A DNA stretch of 64,000 nucleotides from Eledone cirrhosa. Its lineage: Eukaryota. Position 1 is the stretch's first letter. Each line of letters starts with the position of its first letter. The stretch lies in assembly GCA_964016885.1 (NCBI GenBank), contig OZ024742.1, forward strand, positions 251,286,001 through 251,350,000, written 5' to 3'. Made by a program: the position numbers and the translations under genes. Shown piece after piece: positions 1 through 12,599 of this stretch. The notes beneath the pieces were generated by a model, which searched no databases, was not told the origin of the DNA, and saw only the letters and a list, made by a program, of their open reading frames with translations.

Positions 1-302
1 GTCTTTTGAAAAGCTTTTCATGTGCATTATTCCATTGCTTTTCAGTGTCTAAGTGACGCTGTTTTGGAACTAAGTTTTGGTGTAAAGGCTTAGGTATTGA
101 ATCATACCTAGAAATCGCTGAAGTTCTTTACAGTTTGGAGGTGTAAGCTTTGATCTGATTGTGTCCTATTTTTCTACATCTAAGTGAGAATCATTTTCAT
201 ACCAGATATGACATTAAAATCATGTTTTTTTCTTACTTGTCTTTGTTGAAAACTATACCATACCTTCTTGCTGTAGCCATTGTCCTTCTCAAGTTCTTAT
301 GT
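1..302 (-). mobile_element. Decayed Ty3/gypsy pol fragment (RT C-terminus/connection region)
   Basis: Minus-strand translation gives HKNLRRTMATARRYGIVFNKDK* then PPNCKELQRFLGMIQYLS and WNNAHEK, matching the gypsy RT motifs 'G+xFNxxKC...PxxxKELQRFLGMxxY'. Contains stops and frameshifts. Confidence 0.75.
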
Positions 303-1118
303 TTAAAAAACGAAGATAATTAAGATGGCGAAATATAGTAACATGTTTAAAAATCTGTCTGTTTTGTTTGTGTAAAACAACAACATATCATGGTGGCAGC
401 GAGGCAGCGATTTGCCAGTCACACCTAAAAACTAAAACAAATTGAAAGTTAAACAATGGCAAAGGTGATATCAATACAGTAAAGATGTTAAATCTTTCTT
501 TTTTCAAACGTGTCCCAGTGAACTGAATCGAACGGCGATCATCAAAGATGGCGGCGTCAACAACCCAGTTAAATCTGTTGAACCTCCGTCGGTTCCGACG
601 ACGAGTGTTCTAGTTGTTTTATCACAACTTGCTCGTGAAATTAACATGTAAGTAGCTGAGCATTCCAGAGACACGTGTAACGTTAATGTAAATCTGAGGC
701 AGATTGTGCAGAAGGCTGGCCTTTTGTAATACAGGTACAATATATTTTTTCCAGCTGAGTAGACTGAAATAGCGTGAAACAAAGTGTTTTACTCAAGGAG
801 ACAATGCGTCGCAGGTAATCGAACTCACTAACCACTAAGCAACACACCTTAACTCAACACACACACAACCATACAAATATATTCACACACAGCCACACAT
901 ACATACACATATTTATGTCGAAATATTCTGGATTCTTCCATTCTATCTTATATTGTTTTTATACAGACATCTGTCAAAGCTCTGCATAATTCCTAATTGG
1001 TTACAGAGCACTTTTAGTAAGAAAAACGAAATTCATTGCTTAGATGATATGGGTGTGTCTTAAGAAATACATGTCTCTCTCTATCTCTCTCTATATATAT
1101 AATATATATATATAATAT

Positions 1119-1211
<93 letters not shown>

Positions 1212-2899
1212 CTGTCAGTGTGCCTATCTATCTAGTTTTCTGCCTGTCAGTCTATCTATTTATTTATCCATCTCTAGTTCTATGTCCGTCCATCCATTCA
1301 TCCATTTATCCATGTATTAATCTGTGTATTTTCTTACTGCTTAGTCATACGTAATTCTTGATCGAAAAAAACTACGATCGAAGCCATGCCATCCTTGACC
1401 AGCAAATCTTTTTTCCCAAACAGTGTAAAAGGGATGGACATATTTATATCCTTAAAATCTTATTAGTAATATGTAAAACAAAATTATCAATTACAAATTA
1501 AAAGTTCACTAAGCGTCTTTAACAAATAGTGGTGATGGTAGTGGTGATGCCTCAGCGTGAGTGTGTGTCTGTGAAACATATACATGTACACCAAGTCCGA
1601 ACACAAACTCCCACACTCACTACATCAGTCTCTCCCGTTCTCCCCATCTCTCACTATTATGAGCAAATGGGGCCCCACGCGTTGGCCACTCCGTGTATAT
1701 GGGTAGTAGATTAAATCAACACCACCACTTAGCTCTTGGGTGTCCAGAGTGTTGTCCACTCTATTACAATCATTGAAACTAGGTCTCCTTCCTCTCTTCT
1801 TCCTGACAGTATCGAATGTCCTGAATAGGGCCATAGGAACAGTCCTTCCGTTTTTTACTAAACCGTAAAAACAAAATATAGGACAATATTATTGAAAGGC
1901 AAGCTCAACCTCGTCTGAGTTCAAATCCCGTCGATGTTGACTTTGCCTTTCATCTTTACGGGGTCGATAAAATAAGGCACCAGTAATGCACTGGTATAAT
2001 TGCTGGTCTTGTGCCAAAAATAGATGCAATTATTTATTGTGACACAGTAACGACGGTGCGTTGGCACCGGGCATCCTTGGATGGAGGCATCAATTGGGGA
2101 AAAGAACTTAATAAATTTGATTGATTTATATTAAAATCGAATAAAGCGTTTATTTCATGTTTCATCTCTGTTTATATATTCAAAATATTTTCCTTTCTCA
2201 TAATATTTCTCAGTATATTAGGCCTTATACTCGAGTCTTTGGGGCATATAATCAAGATTTGCCCCGGGCATCACCAGAGCTCTGTTGTGATTTTCCTTCA
2301 CTAATACAGTAGATAGCGATTTCAGAGAAAATTGGCTATTATTTCCAGCGTTTGAGACGACCGCATTGAAACTACCACGTTGCAGAAAGAGAGAGAAAGA
2401 GAGCTATATAGTGGTAACTGATGTGTTACCACTTCCTTGGTCACCAAATGGTAGAAGACCAATGAAAGAAGTGTAATTCTGTATAAAAGTCTTTCTAGCA
2501 AGTCCACCACAGGAATGCTTACAAAAGACAGGAGGGGTAGTAAGTTCAGGACAAAAGCCCAGCACCAACCTCCCCACCTCTCTATCTCTATTTGTGAAAT
2601 GCCGCAGTGAAGATAGGTGGTAATAGAGAGAGGGAGAAATAGAAGGAAAAAAGCTGTGGAGTAGGCAGAAAGGAAGGAGAAAAAAAAGGAGGCGGGGGGC
2701 GGAAATGTATCGATATATTTATTTATTTATTTAATCAGTTATTTTGTATTGATTATATATAATTGGTGGTACTTTATAACAACTACACATATATGTATTC
2801 ATTTATTCTTTTGATGGTTTCTATTGCAGCAAGATCGTGCTTTGTTGCTGTACTACGAAACTAGCTTCCCTCCCTCCTTCCCTACAATCATTGATCATC

Positions 2900-3345
2900 A
2901 GATCGACAACAAGGTCAATACACTTCGACAACACACCAACACGACCAATACACATTGACAACACACCAACACACATCGACAACACACCAACACACATCGA
3001 CAACACAACAACACACATCGACAACACGACCAATACACATTGACAACACGGCCAACACACATCGACAACACACCAACACACATCGACAATACACCAACAC
3101 ACATCGACAATACACATCGACAACACACCAACACACTAACACACTTCGACAACACGACCAACACACATCGACAACACGACCAACACACCAACACACATCG
3201 ACAACACACTAACACACTTCGACAACACAACCAACACACCAACACACTAACACACTTCGACAACACAACCAACACACTAACACACTTCGACAACACAACC
3301 AACACACTAACACACTTCGACAACACAACCAACACACATCGACGC
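2900..3345. repeat. AC-rich minisatellite (unit about ACACACATCGACAACACACCA)
   Basis: Tandem repeat visible directly; it explains the periodic THIDNTP ORFs. Confidence 0.9.
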
Positions 3346-4550
3346 AACCAAGATTTCTGCTAAAATTGTTGACCCGATACCAGTGCCGGATTTACCGTTG
3401 TCCTTAGGAGTGCTTAAGCACAACGCCTCGTTGGCCAGGGAAACCCATCTTTATGCCCCCCCCCCCCATTTTTTACGATGGATTTTTCAGATGAAAGGTT
3501 CATCATAACTTAACAAGCAACAAGGCCTCATTTGTCCTAAATCCGACATTAGAATACGCAGACTTCGACACACAAACCTTCTCACAAACAAACATATACC
3601 GAGAATTATCAGCAAACTATTTTTTCTAACCAACCCGTGGCGTACGAAACATTTGAGGGAGATGGACTGCTAACAACGAAGTTTTTGTCATCGTTGGCGG
3701 GTCGCCTTACCGAGGTGTCAGGTGATGCTCGTGAGGGTGCTTCATTTTTTCCAGCATCTTAGCCTCGCTATCATTCGGCCTTACTGCGGTGTCAGGTGAT
3801 ACCTGTGGGAGAGCTTGGTTGTTCCAACATATTAGCCTCGCTATCGTCCGCAGTTATGTTGGTTTGCCTCAAAAATATTAAAAGGAGGTTCCGGTGATCG
3901 ATTGACACACATCACTTAGTGTTGAATCAATATTTTTTTTTCGTTTAATTGTAAAAAAATAATAATATAATTCATTGAACAGTAATGATAAAGGAAAGAA
4001 AAAAAGAGGGACGGGCAATTCACCATCAAGTGCGACAATCAGCTGAACTTCACACCTTAAGGGCTAACTACACACTTTGAGGCAAGCAAACACGCTCGCA
4101 ACATTACCACGGATGATGGCGAGGCTAAGGCGCAGAAACAATCAAACACCTTCACCATAAAATATTTATATAATTAAGTATTGTGTGTATATTTTCATTC
4201 TGTAAGAATTATAAATAAACACATAGTCCGGCCTTCGTTCATTCAACACCACTCGGTATTGGTAGCATTCAGATACCAATATTACTCGTGTTTCGTGTCC
4301 CTAAAACAAACAACATCTCTCGATCTGATGAACACTTTTTTTTTTCCTATAGTAAACACGAAATTTCCTTGATGAATCCACCATAGATCGTTCTTAAGAG
4401 GGAAAAAAAAAAGAAAAGAAATGAAATCCAAGATTTTTTAATAAAAAAAAACCCCAACTATGTCAACGACTGTTCTTGCAACAAGAACAACAACAGCTGT
4501 TCAAAAATGTTGACCCACGTGCGACGACAACAAACAGTATGAATACAAAG

Positions 4551-4684
<134 letters not shown>

Positions 4685-5039
4685 GGAAACGAAAACAAAC
4701 ATAAAAACTGTTTGAACAGTTATTTTCCTTTCTCAAAACGGATATTGACTATGAACAAACTGAAACATTCTAATATTTTACTTCTTTTTCATGTATATTT
4801 CATTTTTATTTTGATCTTTCATTGAATTGTTTTAAATATTTACGGGTAGCTGCATACATTTCAACATGTCACACACTGACGGAAGTCCAAAGCTATTGTA
4901 TGTGATATATGTTCTTGGATTTGCGAGAGATTTGGCCCACACAACTGTCCAGATATTCCTTGAACAAACTGAGGGCATTGAAATGGGTTGGAGACTGTTC
5001 AGCTTGTCAGTTTCTGCCTCTGCTGTTAAATGCTGCGGT

Positions 5040-5830
5040 TAAACGCGGCTCGATATGGTCCCGATGACAGGAGGACCCCTTGGTTCAATCAGGAGGTTAA
5101 AGATACCATCTAAACAAAGAACGAGGCCTACAAAGTTTGGCTTGGAAATAAGTCCTCCTTCTTGCACTCGCGGTACAAGCAGTCGCCAGAGCAATTAAAG
5201 TGCTCAATTGTGGTAAAGCCTCTGGGGAGGATCAAATTCGGCCCGAGATGTTAAAAACCTTAAATAAAGAAGCTTAATGTTGGCTGACACGTGTGGGTCG
5301 GGGATCCTGGATCACTGGAAAGGCATCAAAGCTATGGCAATCGGGAGTGATAACTCCAATCTTCATAAAGAGGAGCAAAAGAGATTGCTCTAATTATAGA
5401 GGAATCTCCTTGTTAAGCCTACGCCGTAAAGTTGATGCTATGTGTCTAGCAAAGAGATGTAGGGATATTATTGTGTTCAAGCTAGCTGGCGAACAGTGCG
5501 ACTTTCGCTTCGGACGCAGCACAGCTGACTAAATATTTACACTGCGGCAGGTCTTTGAAAATATGTGGGAGTATTGCCAAGGTGTATAATTCTTGTTTCG
5601 TAGACCTCGAAACAGTATACAACCGCGTTCACGTGACTTGTTGTGGAAGGTCTGATGTAGAATGGGATAGATGACCAGTTTCTTGTTCCCTTGAAATCCT
5701 TATAGGAATGCCCTAGTATCTGTGTTCGAAGGTGCTGTCATCTATCCTGTTCGCAATCTTTATGAACAGGATTGACACGCATAGCCTAGTTGGAAGTGGT
5801 ATCAAGATTGGCGGGTGTCGGATCTGTATT
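5040..5830 (+). mobile_element. Decayed RTE-clade LINE RT fragment
   Basis: GKASGEDQIRPEML and WQSGVITPIFIKRSKRDCSNYRGISLLS...EQCDFRFGRSTAD, then FVDLET; frameshifted. Confidence 0.8.
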
Positions 5831-6254
5831 TCTGAAGCGTTATTGTTTCATCACATGGATTCGTTGCAATCCATAGCAAAAACAAATATTAGTTAGCTGT
5901 CATGTTTTCCTCGTTAGTCATTATTCATTTCGTTACCAATGCGTTTAGGAAATCGCTTCCCCCAACATCAATCATCTCATCAACATCATCTACACATCAA
6001 CAAAACGACCAACACACATCAATTCAACAAACATTTCTCCCAAATAGTCATTATATTGCTGCTATACTACTTGATTTAATCGATCATATCAATTCAGTAC
6101 ATATTTTATCGATCACTTTTTAGTCAAACTGCTAAGTTATGAGACATATATATATAGGCCCAGACACGGAGACACACACACACACTGGTATATATGTGTG
6201 TGTGTGGGGGGGGGGGGCTGTTAACATTTTCAAAACTGCACCACTTTCTTCTTC

Positions 6255-6318
<64 letters not shown>

Positions 6319-6896
6319 TTCTTTTTATCCTTTATCTCCGTCTTCCCAGAATGTTATTCTGACTCTTTCTCTGACCAGCTGCCCTCGTCTTTATATCACC
6401 GATATTTCTCTCTTCATTCAAACCTGTGTCACAAAACACACATATTTATCTCTCTTTCTAACAACGTTTTCCTTCTGTACAACTATGTTTACTTTCTTGC
6501 TTTTTATTTACATTATTAACTTTGCTTTTATTTCTAGCGGCCCTCTATTATTCATAATTTCGTTAGATATCTTGCTACTGTATTTATTTCGTTCCTTATG
6601 TTGTCTATTTGCTAGTAACTATAGGATCTGTACCACATTGTGCATCAAAACTAGGTTGTTACGTAACTTACAGTGGGTAGCTGAAGGCACGAGCGTTGTC
6701 TCCGTGTATTTCGGTGTCAGATAAATATATATATATATATATATATTAAGAAGTTGACGGAACTAGCATAAGGTTGCCCTGCTAGTACCGGTTGCATCTC
6801 AGCGTACTCAATAGGTAAGGTTATGTAAAAATCACAGAGTTGACACAAAGTTATTTGCCTCAATACAACACACGTAAATAGCTACCATATATTTAT

Positions 6897-7007
6897 ACCC
6901 GTACTCGAGTTTCGGCCACACTTAATGCAGCAAGAGAGCGTACAGAATATACTGTCTGCATTAATGCAATAATGAAAAAATCGGTGCATGTGACTTCATC
7001 AGCGGAT
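6897..7007 (-). ncRNA. Candidate minimal type-I hammerhead ribozyme with extended stem II, in a TA-flanked repeat
   Basis: Minus strand: ATCCG-CTGATGA-AGTCAC...GTGGCC-GAAA-CTCGAG-TA-CGGGT. Stem I 5 bp, palindromic TCGA loop III, GUA cleavage triplet; A-C mismatch at 10.1/11.1. Confidence 0.55.
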
Positions 7008-7485
7008 CTTACCTAATCAATAACCAACCGATCGACAGAATTCGATTCCAGTCCGTGCCGCCTGCGGCAGTAAATGCGACCGGCGGCACAGTATATTGCC
7101 AAATATACTATACATACCTTCATGTATACAACACTATTTCAGAGCACCAATCCTAATACCTAATTTTTGCTGGACCGGCAATAGCTCTGTATAATCAGCT
7201 CCTGATTATTACTGGAATTCTATAAGAATCCAGCTTCTATAATTTTCGGCGAAAGCAGAGAGTGCGTGGCTCTGATGATCACCAAATAGCGTGAAACAGA
7301 CTGTTAGCTTCTCTCCCTTCTTTTGCCGAAAAAATAAAAGAAGTGACATAGTCACTAATTTAAAACCGATAGCGTATGGTCTTCAAAATGTTTTTAATTA
7401 AACATACGGTATATTGCCAAATATACTATACATACATTCATATATACAACGCTATTTCAGAACACCAATCCTAATACCATATATA

Positions 7486-8403
7486 CGAGGTGTGTCAGAA
7501 AAGTTCCAGGACTGATGTCACAAAAGATTTATTTCAAAACCAAACTTCACACAAAGAGTTTTCTCCTTCAAAGTAATCCCCCTGGAGTATGTAACTGTAA
7601 TCTTAGCTCTCTGCAGCGATCAAACTTTTTTCTTCATAATTTTATGTACATCTCCTCTGTTTCAGGTCGTCAAGCAATGAGCACAGAGCAACGAACAAAC
7701 TTGAAGTTTCTGGTATGGTTGGGGAAAACTCCGTCAGAAGCACTGGGATTGCTGCAGCAAGTGTATGGAGACGAGACGATGTCACGCTCACATGTTTTTG
7801 AGTGGTGCAAGAGGTTTAAAGAAGGACGCGAGGATGTGGAAGATGACCCCAGGAGCGGAAGGCCCTCAACAACCAGGACTGGGGTCAACGTTGAGCGCGT
7901 CAGGCAGATGGTGCGTAGCGATCGTCGGCTGACTGTTCGACTGGTGGCAAATGAGCTGGGCATGAATTGGGACAGCGTCTGGCAGATTCTCACTGAAGAT
8001 TTGGACATGCGGAAAGTCTGCGCGAAGATGGTGCCAAAACTGCTGAACGATGACCAGAAGGGTGGACGCATGCAAGTGTGCCAGGACATCCTCGAGCGTC
8101 TTGAAACCGAACCAGACTTGCTAGGGACAGTCATCACCGGTGATGAGTCATGGATCTTCGAGTACGACCCGGAGGGGACTCGTTTTGAAGACGTGGACGA
8201 CATAAAAAAAAGCCGTGACGACGGAACTGCGGAGGATCCCAGAAGAATCCTTCCAGGAGTGCATGCAAGCGTGGCAGAAAAGGATGGAAAAGTGCATTAG
8301 ACTCCAGGGGGATTACTTTGAAGGAGAAAACTCTCAGTGTGAAGTTTGGGTTTGAAATAAATCGTTTGTGACATCAGTCCTGGAACTTTTCTAACACACC
8401 TCG
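7486..8403 (+). mobile_element. Internally deleted mariner (Tc1/mariner) transposon
   Basis: About 50-bp TIRs (CGAGGTGTGTCAGAAAAGTTCCAGGACTGATGTCAC / GTGACATCAGTCCTGGAACTTTTCTAACACACCTCG) with TA on both sides. HTH region and ITGDESW are present, then the frame jumps from YDPE to GTRFEDVDDIK, so the rest of the catalytic core is deleted. Confidence 0.92.
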
Positions 8404-8440
<37 letters not shown>

Positions 8441-9179
8441 AAGCATTAATTTGATACTCTCTGCAATTCAGTCTATTAAGCGGCCACCAAAAACTTTACC
8501 TCCAAACTACACGACAGAGCTATTTCTCTTCACCTCAGACTGGCGCCAGTGGTCTGGAGAGGCTGGCTGACTTGAGCTTAAATGAGATACGTTTTTCTCT
8601 AAGTCATTCCATCCTGGTTTCTCGGACGATGAAGACATTCTGCTCTTGTCTCTCAAAGGAGACATCATACGGAAGTTGCTCAAGCAGTAGAGAGATGTAG
8701 CGTTTAAAAATCACTCTAATCCAATCGACAGGGTTGGACTACTTCTATAAAAGTTAGTTCATGCATCTGGTCAGATAACATAACACACAATTCCCTCGGC
8801 TATCTGTTGTTTTCCTGTCTTATCGACCATTGCTTCAAAGTAAACTATTTTCTTAATACAAAATTCTTTATGGAGCGACCATGTTTTACTTGTTCATTCC
8901 TCGGCATTTTCTCTACAGCGCTTATATATGAGACAAGTTTTACCTGATGCATACTCACCTAGCAAGCCCACAACAATCACTACTACAAACTCTGCCATGC
9001 TCAAATGAACGACAAGAAACACAAACCAATACATCCACCTCGCTACACAACTCAACATAGAACTCTTACAACAGTCTACTTTGCTACATATCTCTTTCGC
9101 CACACACACACACACACGTACACGCGCAAGCACACACGCACACTGTCTTCCTTGTGCCCATCATGATATATATATATAG

Positions 9180-9486
9180 AATAATCATGGACGAGGTGTC
9201 AAATTTTCATTTCGTTTATTCAGGTGTGACGCGCGTTTCTCGATTGATCAGCTCAAGATTCGATCTCTATCGATCGGACCCGACTCTGGAATCAAAAGCT
9301 CATCAGACTTCTGGTAGCCCAATGACGGAATTATTCCCATACAGCGTTAATGCGCTAACTGAAGTCTGATGAGCTTTTGATTCCAGAGTCAGGCCCGATT
9401 GATAGAGATCGAACCTTGTTTATCAATCGCGAAATGCGCGTCACACCTAAATAAACGTAATAATTTGACACCTCGTTCATGATTAT
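9180..9486. repeat. Imperfect inverted repeat (about 130-bp arms, about 48-bp spacer) with hammerhead-like core in each arm
   Basis: ATAATCATGGACGAGGTGTCAAAT...CATCAGACTTC pairs with GAAGTCTGATG...ATTTGACACCTCGTTCATGATTAT. Related copies at about 11850-12032, 37974-38050 and 47025-47068. Confidence 0.8.
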
Positions 9487-9796
9487 CATTATTACACACT
9501 GTTTAGTACGACCCCAAAGTACATACTGGAGACTACGCATCGAGTGCTCACTTTGGTGAACCAACAGTAACTTGACATTACAATCCCTATAAATATATGT
9601 GTGTGAATGTGTGTGTGTGTGGGGGGGGGGTACAGCCAGTACAATGCAATATAAATATGTAGAATAGCAAATAAAACAAAAAGGATAGCAAATAAAACAA
9701 AAATGTTTTCCTTACTCGGTATATTTCAACATAATATTTCAAAACGAAACAAAAAATAAAACTAAGCAAAACAAAAACGAACGATGTGTTCTTCTT

Positions 9797-9847
<51 letters not shown>

Positions 9848-10200
9848 GGAAATTTAGTAAGTTCGAATCTCTGGCGGTTTGCAAACAAATTCGGCCTACT
9901 TATATGAAATGATGAGTTAGCAAAGCACTCGATAAGGTAGGTCCTTAGAGTAATAACATTCGTCTAAATAGCTTGACAAATCGAACATTGTGGTAGGCAA
10001 AATCTAACACACAATAATATACCAAAGTAACGATAGAACTAACAGGTTGAGAAAAATACACCTGGACAAATCAAACGATTATACGTTTAAAGTGTTTCTT
10101 TGAATCCGAAATCAAATATCAGACTTACGTGACTGGCAAGCTCGTGGTATTCATGATCGAACAGATCATGAATATAATCATGAATATAATCATTTAATAC

Positions 10201-10260
<60 letters not shown>

Positions 10261-10952
10261 CGTTTCTGAATTTGTTTAGCAAGATTCTTTATCTGAAATC
10301 GTGTGTTGAAACCGATATTGTTATACTTTGGGAGGGTCATGTTGCCAATAAGAAACACACGTACCAGTTGCTTTCACTTCAATTTATTATAATAAATTTA
10401 TAAATTTATAAATTTCTGGTTGGTTGGTTGGTTGGTTCCACAACCAGATAGTTGTTTATATATAGTCATAGTTCTTTCGTCACACACTCTGTGACATCTT
10501 CAGTGACTGGGGATTCCTTTCTTTGTTTCTGTGCCTCTCCTTTGTTCTGTCCTACGCCATTTTGTTTCCGTGTGTGTGTTGTGTGCTCAGTCTGCGCATG
10601 CGCCACATCCGGGTGTCTGTGTGTGTTTATGTTCATTTATTTATTTGTTTGTTTGTTTGTTTATTTACATGTTACTGGTTGGTTGTTTGTTCTATGTGTG
10701 TGTGTGTTTTCATTTTGTCCTTAATTGTAAGTTGTGATGTTGCTGTTCCACTCATATTTTCTATTTAATTTTGGTTGTAATTCTTTTATGTTTATTGCCT
10801 CTGTAATTTGTCTAAACATTGCGTCTTTTCTGTGTGTAGATTCTATTTTTATTTCTATGTTCTCTAATTTACCCTTGTGTTCTATTTTAGCATGTTGGTA
10901 GAGTACAGATGATTCTTTATTATCTTGAAGGTCTCGCCAGTGTTCATTTGAT

Positions 10953-11177
10953 GAACACTGGCGAGACCTTCAAGATAATAAAGAATCATCTGTACTCTAC
11001 CAACATGCTAAAATAGAACACAAGGGTAAATTAGAGAACATAGAAATAAAAATAGAATCTACACACAGAAAAGACGCAATGTTTAGACAAATTACAGAGG
11101 CAATAAACATAAAAGAATTACAACCAAAATTAAATAGAAAATATGAGTGGAACAGCAACATCACAACTTACAATTAA
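10953..11177 (+). pseudogene. 5'-truncated C-terminus of a Penelope-like GIY-YIG endonuclease (mirror copy at 10721-10945, minus strand)
   Basis: Open frame EHWRDLQDNKESSVLYQHAKIEHKGKLENIEIKIESTHRKDAMFRQITEAINIKELQPKLNRKYEWNSNITTYN* shows the EH..S..H...H..R...E..I...P.LN pattern of PLE GIY-YIG domains. Not in the supplied ORF track. Confidence 0.8.
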
Positions 11178-11389
11178 GGACAAAATGAAAACACACACAC
11201 ACATAGAACAAACAACCAGCTAGTAACATGTAAATAAACAAACAAACAAACAAATAAATAAATGAACATAAACACACACAGACACCCGGATGTGGCGCAT
11301 GCGCAGACTGAGCACACAACACACACACGGAAACAAAATGGCGTAGGACAGAACAAAGGAGAGGCACAGAAACAAAGAAAGGAATCCCC

Positions 11390-11434
11390 AGTCACTGAAG
11401 AGGTCACAGAGTGTGTGACGAAAGAACTATGACT
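11390..11434 (+). ncRNA. Candidate minimal type-I hammerhead ribozyme (mirror copy 10464-10508, minus strand)
   Basis: AGTCA-CTGAAGA-G-GTCACA-GAGTG-TGTGAC-GAAA-GAAC-TA-TGACT: stem I 5 bp, stem II 6 bp, intact core, CUA triplet, vestigial stem III. The mirror copy has a T at the inserted position after A9. Confidence 0.7.
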
Positions 11435-11574
11435 ATATATAAACAACTATCTGGTTGTGGAACCAACCAACCAACCAGAAATTTATAAATTTATTATAAA
11501 TTTATTATAATAAATTGAAGTGAAAGCAACTGGTGCGTGTGTTTCTTATTGACAACATGACCCTCCCAAAGTAT

Positions 11575-11704
<130 letters not shown>

Positions 11705-12599
11705 TAAAATATGATTATCATTATTACACACAATTATTTGCTCTACGGTTCTTATATATTTGATATATATTTATCATTATCGAGCTCTCTTTGGATTTTA
11801 GTCTTCAAAATTATTGTTATTACTATATATATATATATTATAAAAGGACGATTTGTTATGTTTTCATTACGTTTATTGAATAGTGACGCGCGTCTCGCTA
11901 TTGATAAGTTCATGGTTTGGTCTATATCGCGATCTAGGCAGACTCTGGAATCAAAAGCTCATCGGACCTCTGCTGTGGTAATGACAGGGTGCTCACTCGG
12001 GTGAATCTACAGTAACTGCACGTTACATTCCCTATATATATATATATGTGTGTGTATGTGTACAACGGGCAACTGCATTTTTCACTGAAAGTCGACCTGA
12101 GGCTATAGTAGAAGACACTCGTCCAAGGTACCGCGCAGTGGGACTGAAATCAGCCCTATATGGCTGCGAAGCGAACTCCTTAACCACACAGTGTGTGTAT
12201 GATATAAAATTTTATATCATACACCGTGTGTGTATGATATAAAATGTGGATACACCGTTACAGAGTTATGCTTTCACACTTCTCATCATTGTGACGTAGA
12301 GAGAGAAGTGAGTGATACAATGAGAGGTACAGAGAGAGGGGGGGGAAGGATTCGGTTGAAGTGAATACAGTTAATGCGTAACTAAGGTAATGATGAGTCA
12401 AAGATGACAACCAGGTTGTATTCAGTAATAGAAAATACCAGAATCTACAAAGTTGTGACATTTTGTAATGGTCTATGGTGGTGGTGGTGGTGGAGCTGTG
12501 AAGTGTTGTCGTAATGTGTGGCGGTGGTGTGTTGTGGTAATGTGTGGTAGTAGTAGTGTGCAGTGATGTGGTTGTGTGTGAGGGTTTATGTTAGTCTGT

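Noticed and set aside
243-280. Apparent minus-strand first exon ATGGCTACAGCAAGAAG followed by GTATGG
   Set aside because: The frame continues as gypsy RT (ARRYGIVFNKDK), and the putative next exon has stops in all frames.
7515-8300. 261-aa ORF as a functional transposase
   Set aside because: The second and third catalytic Asp regions are deleted and the C-terminus is frameshifted; the true start is probably 7677.
9893-9942. Hammerhead-like ATGATGAG...CTCGATAA
   Set aside because: Two core mismatches and no consistent stems I and III.
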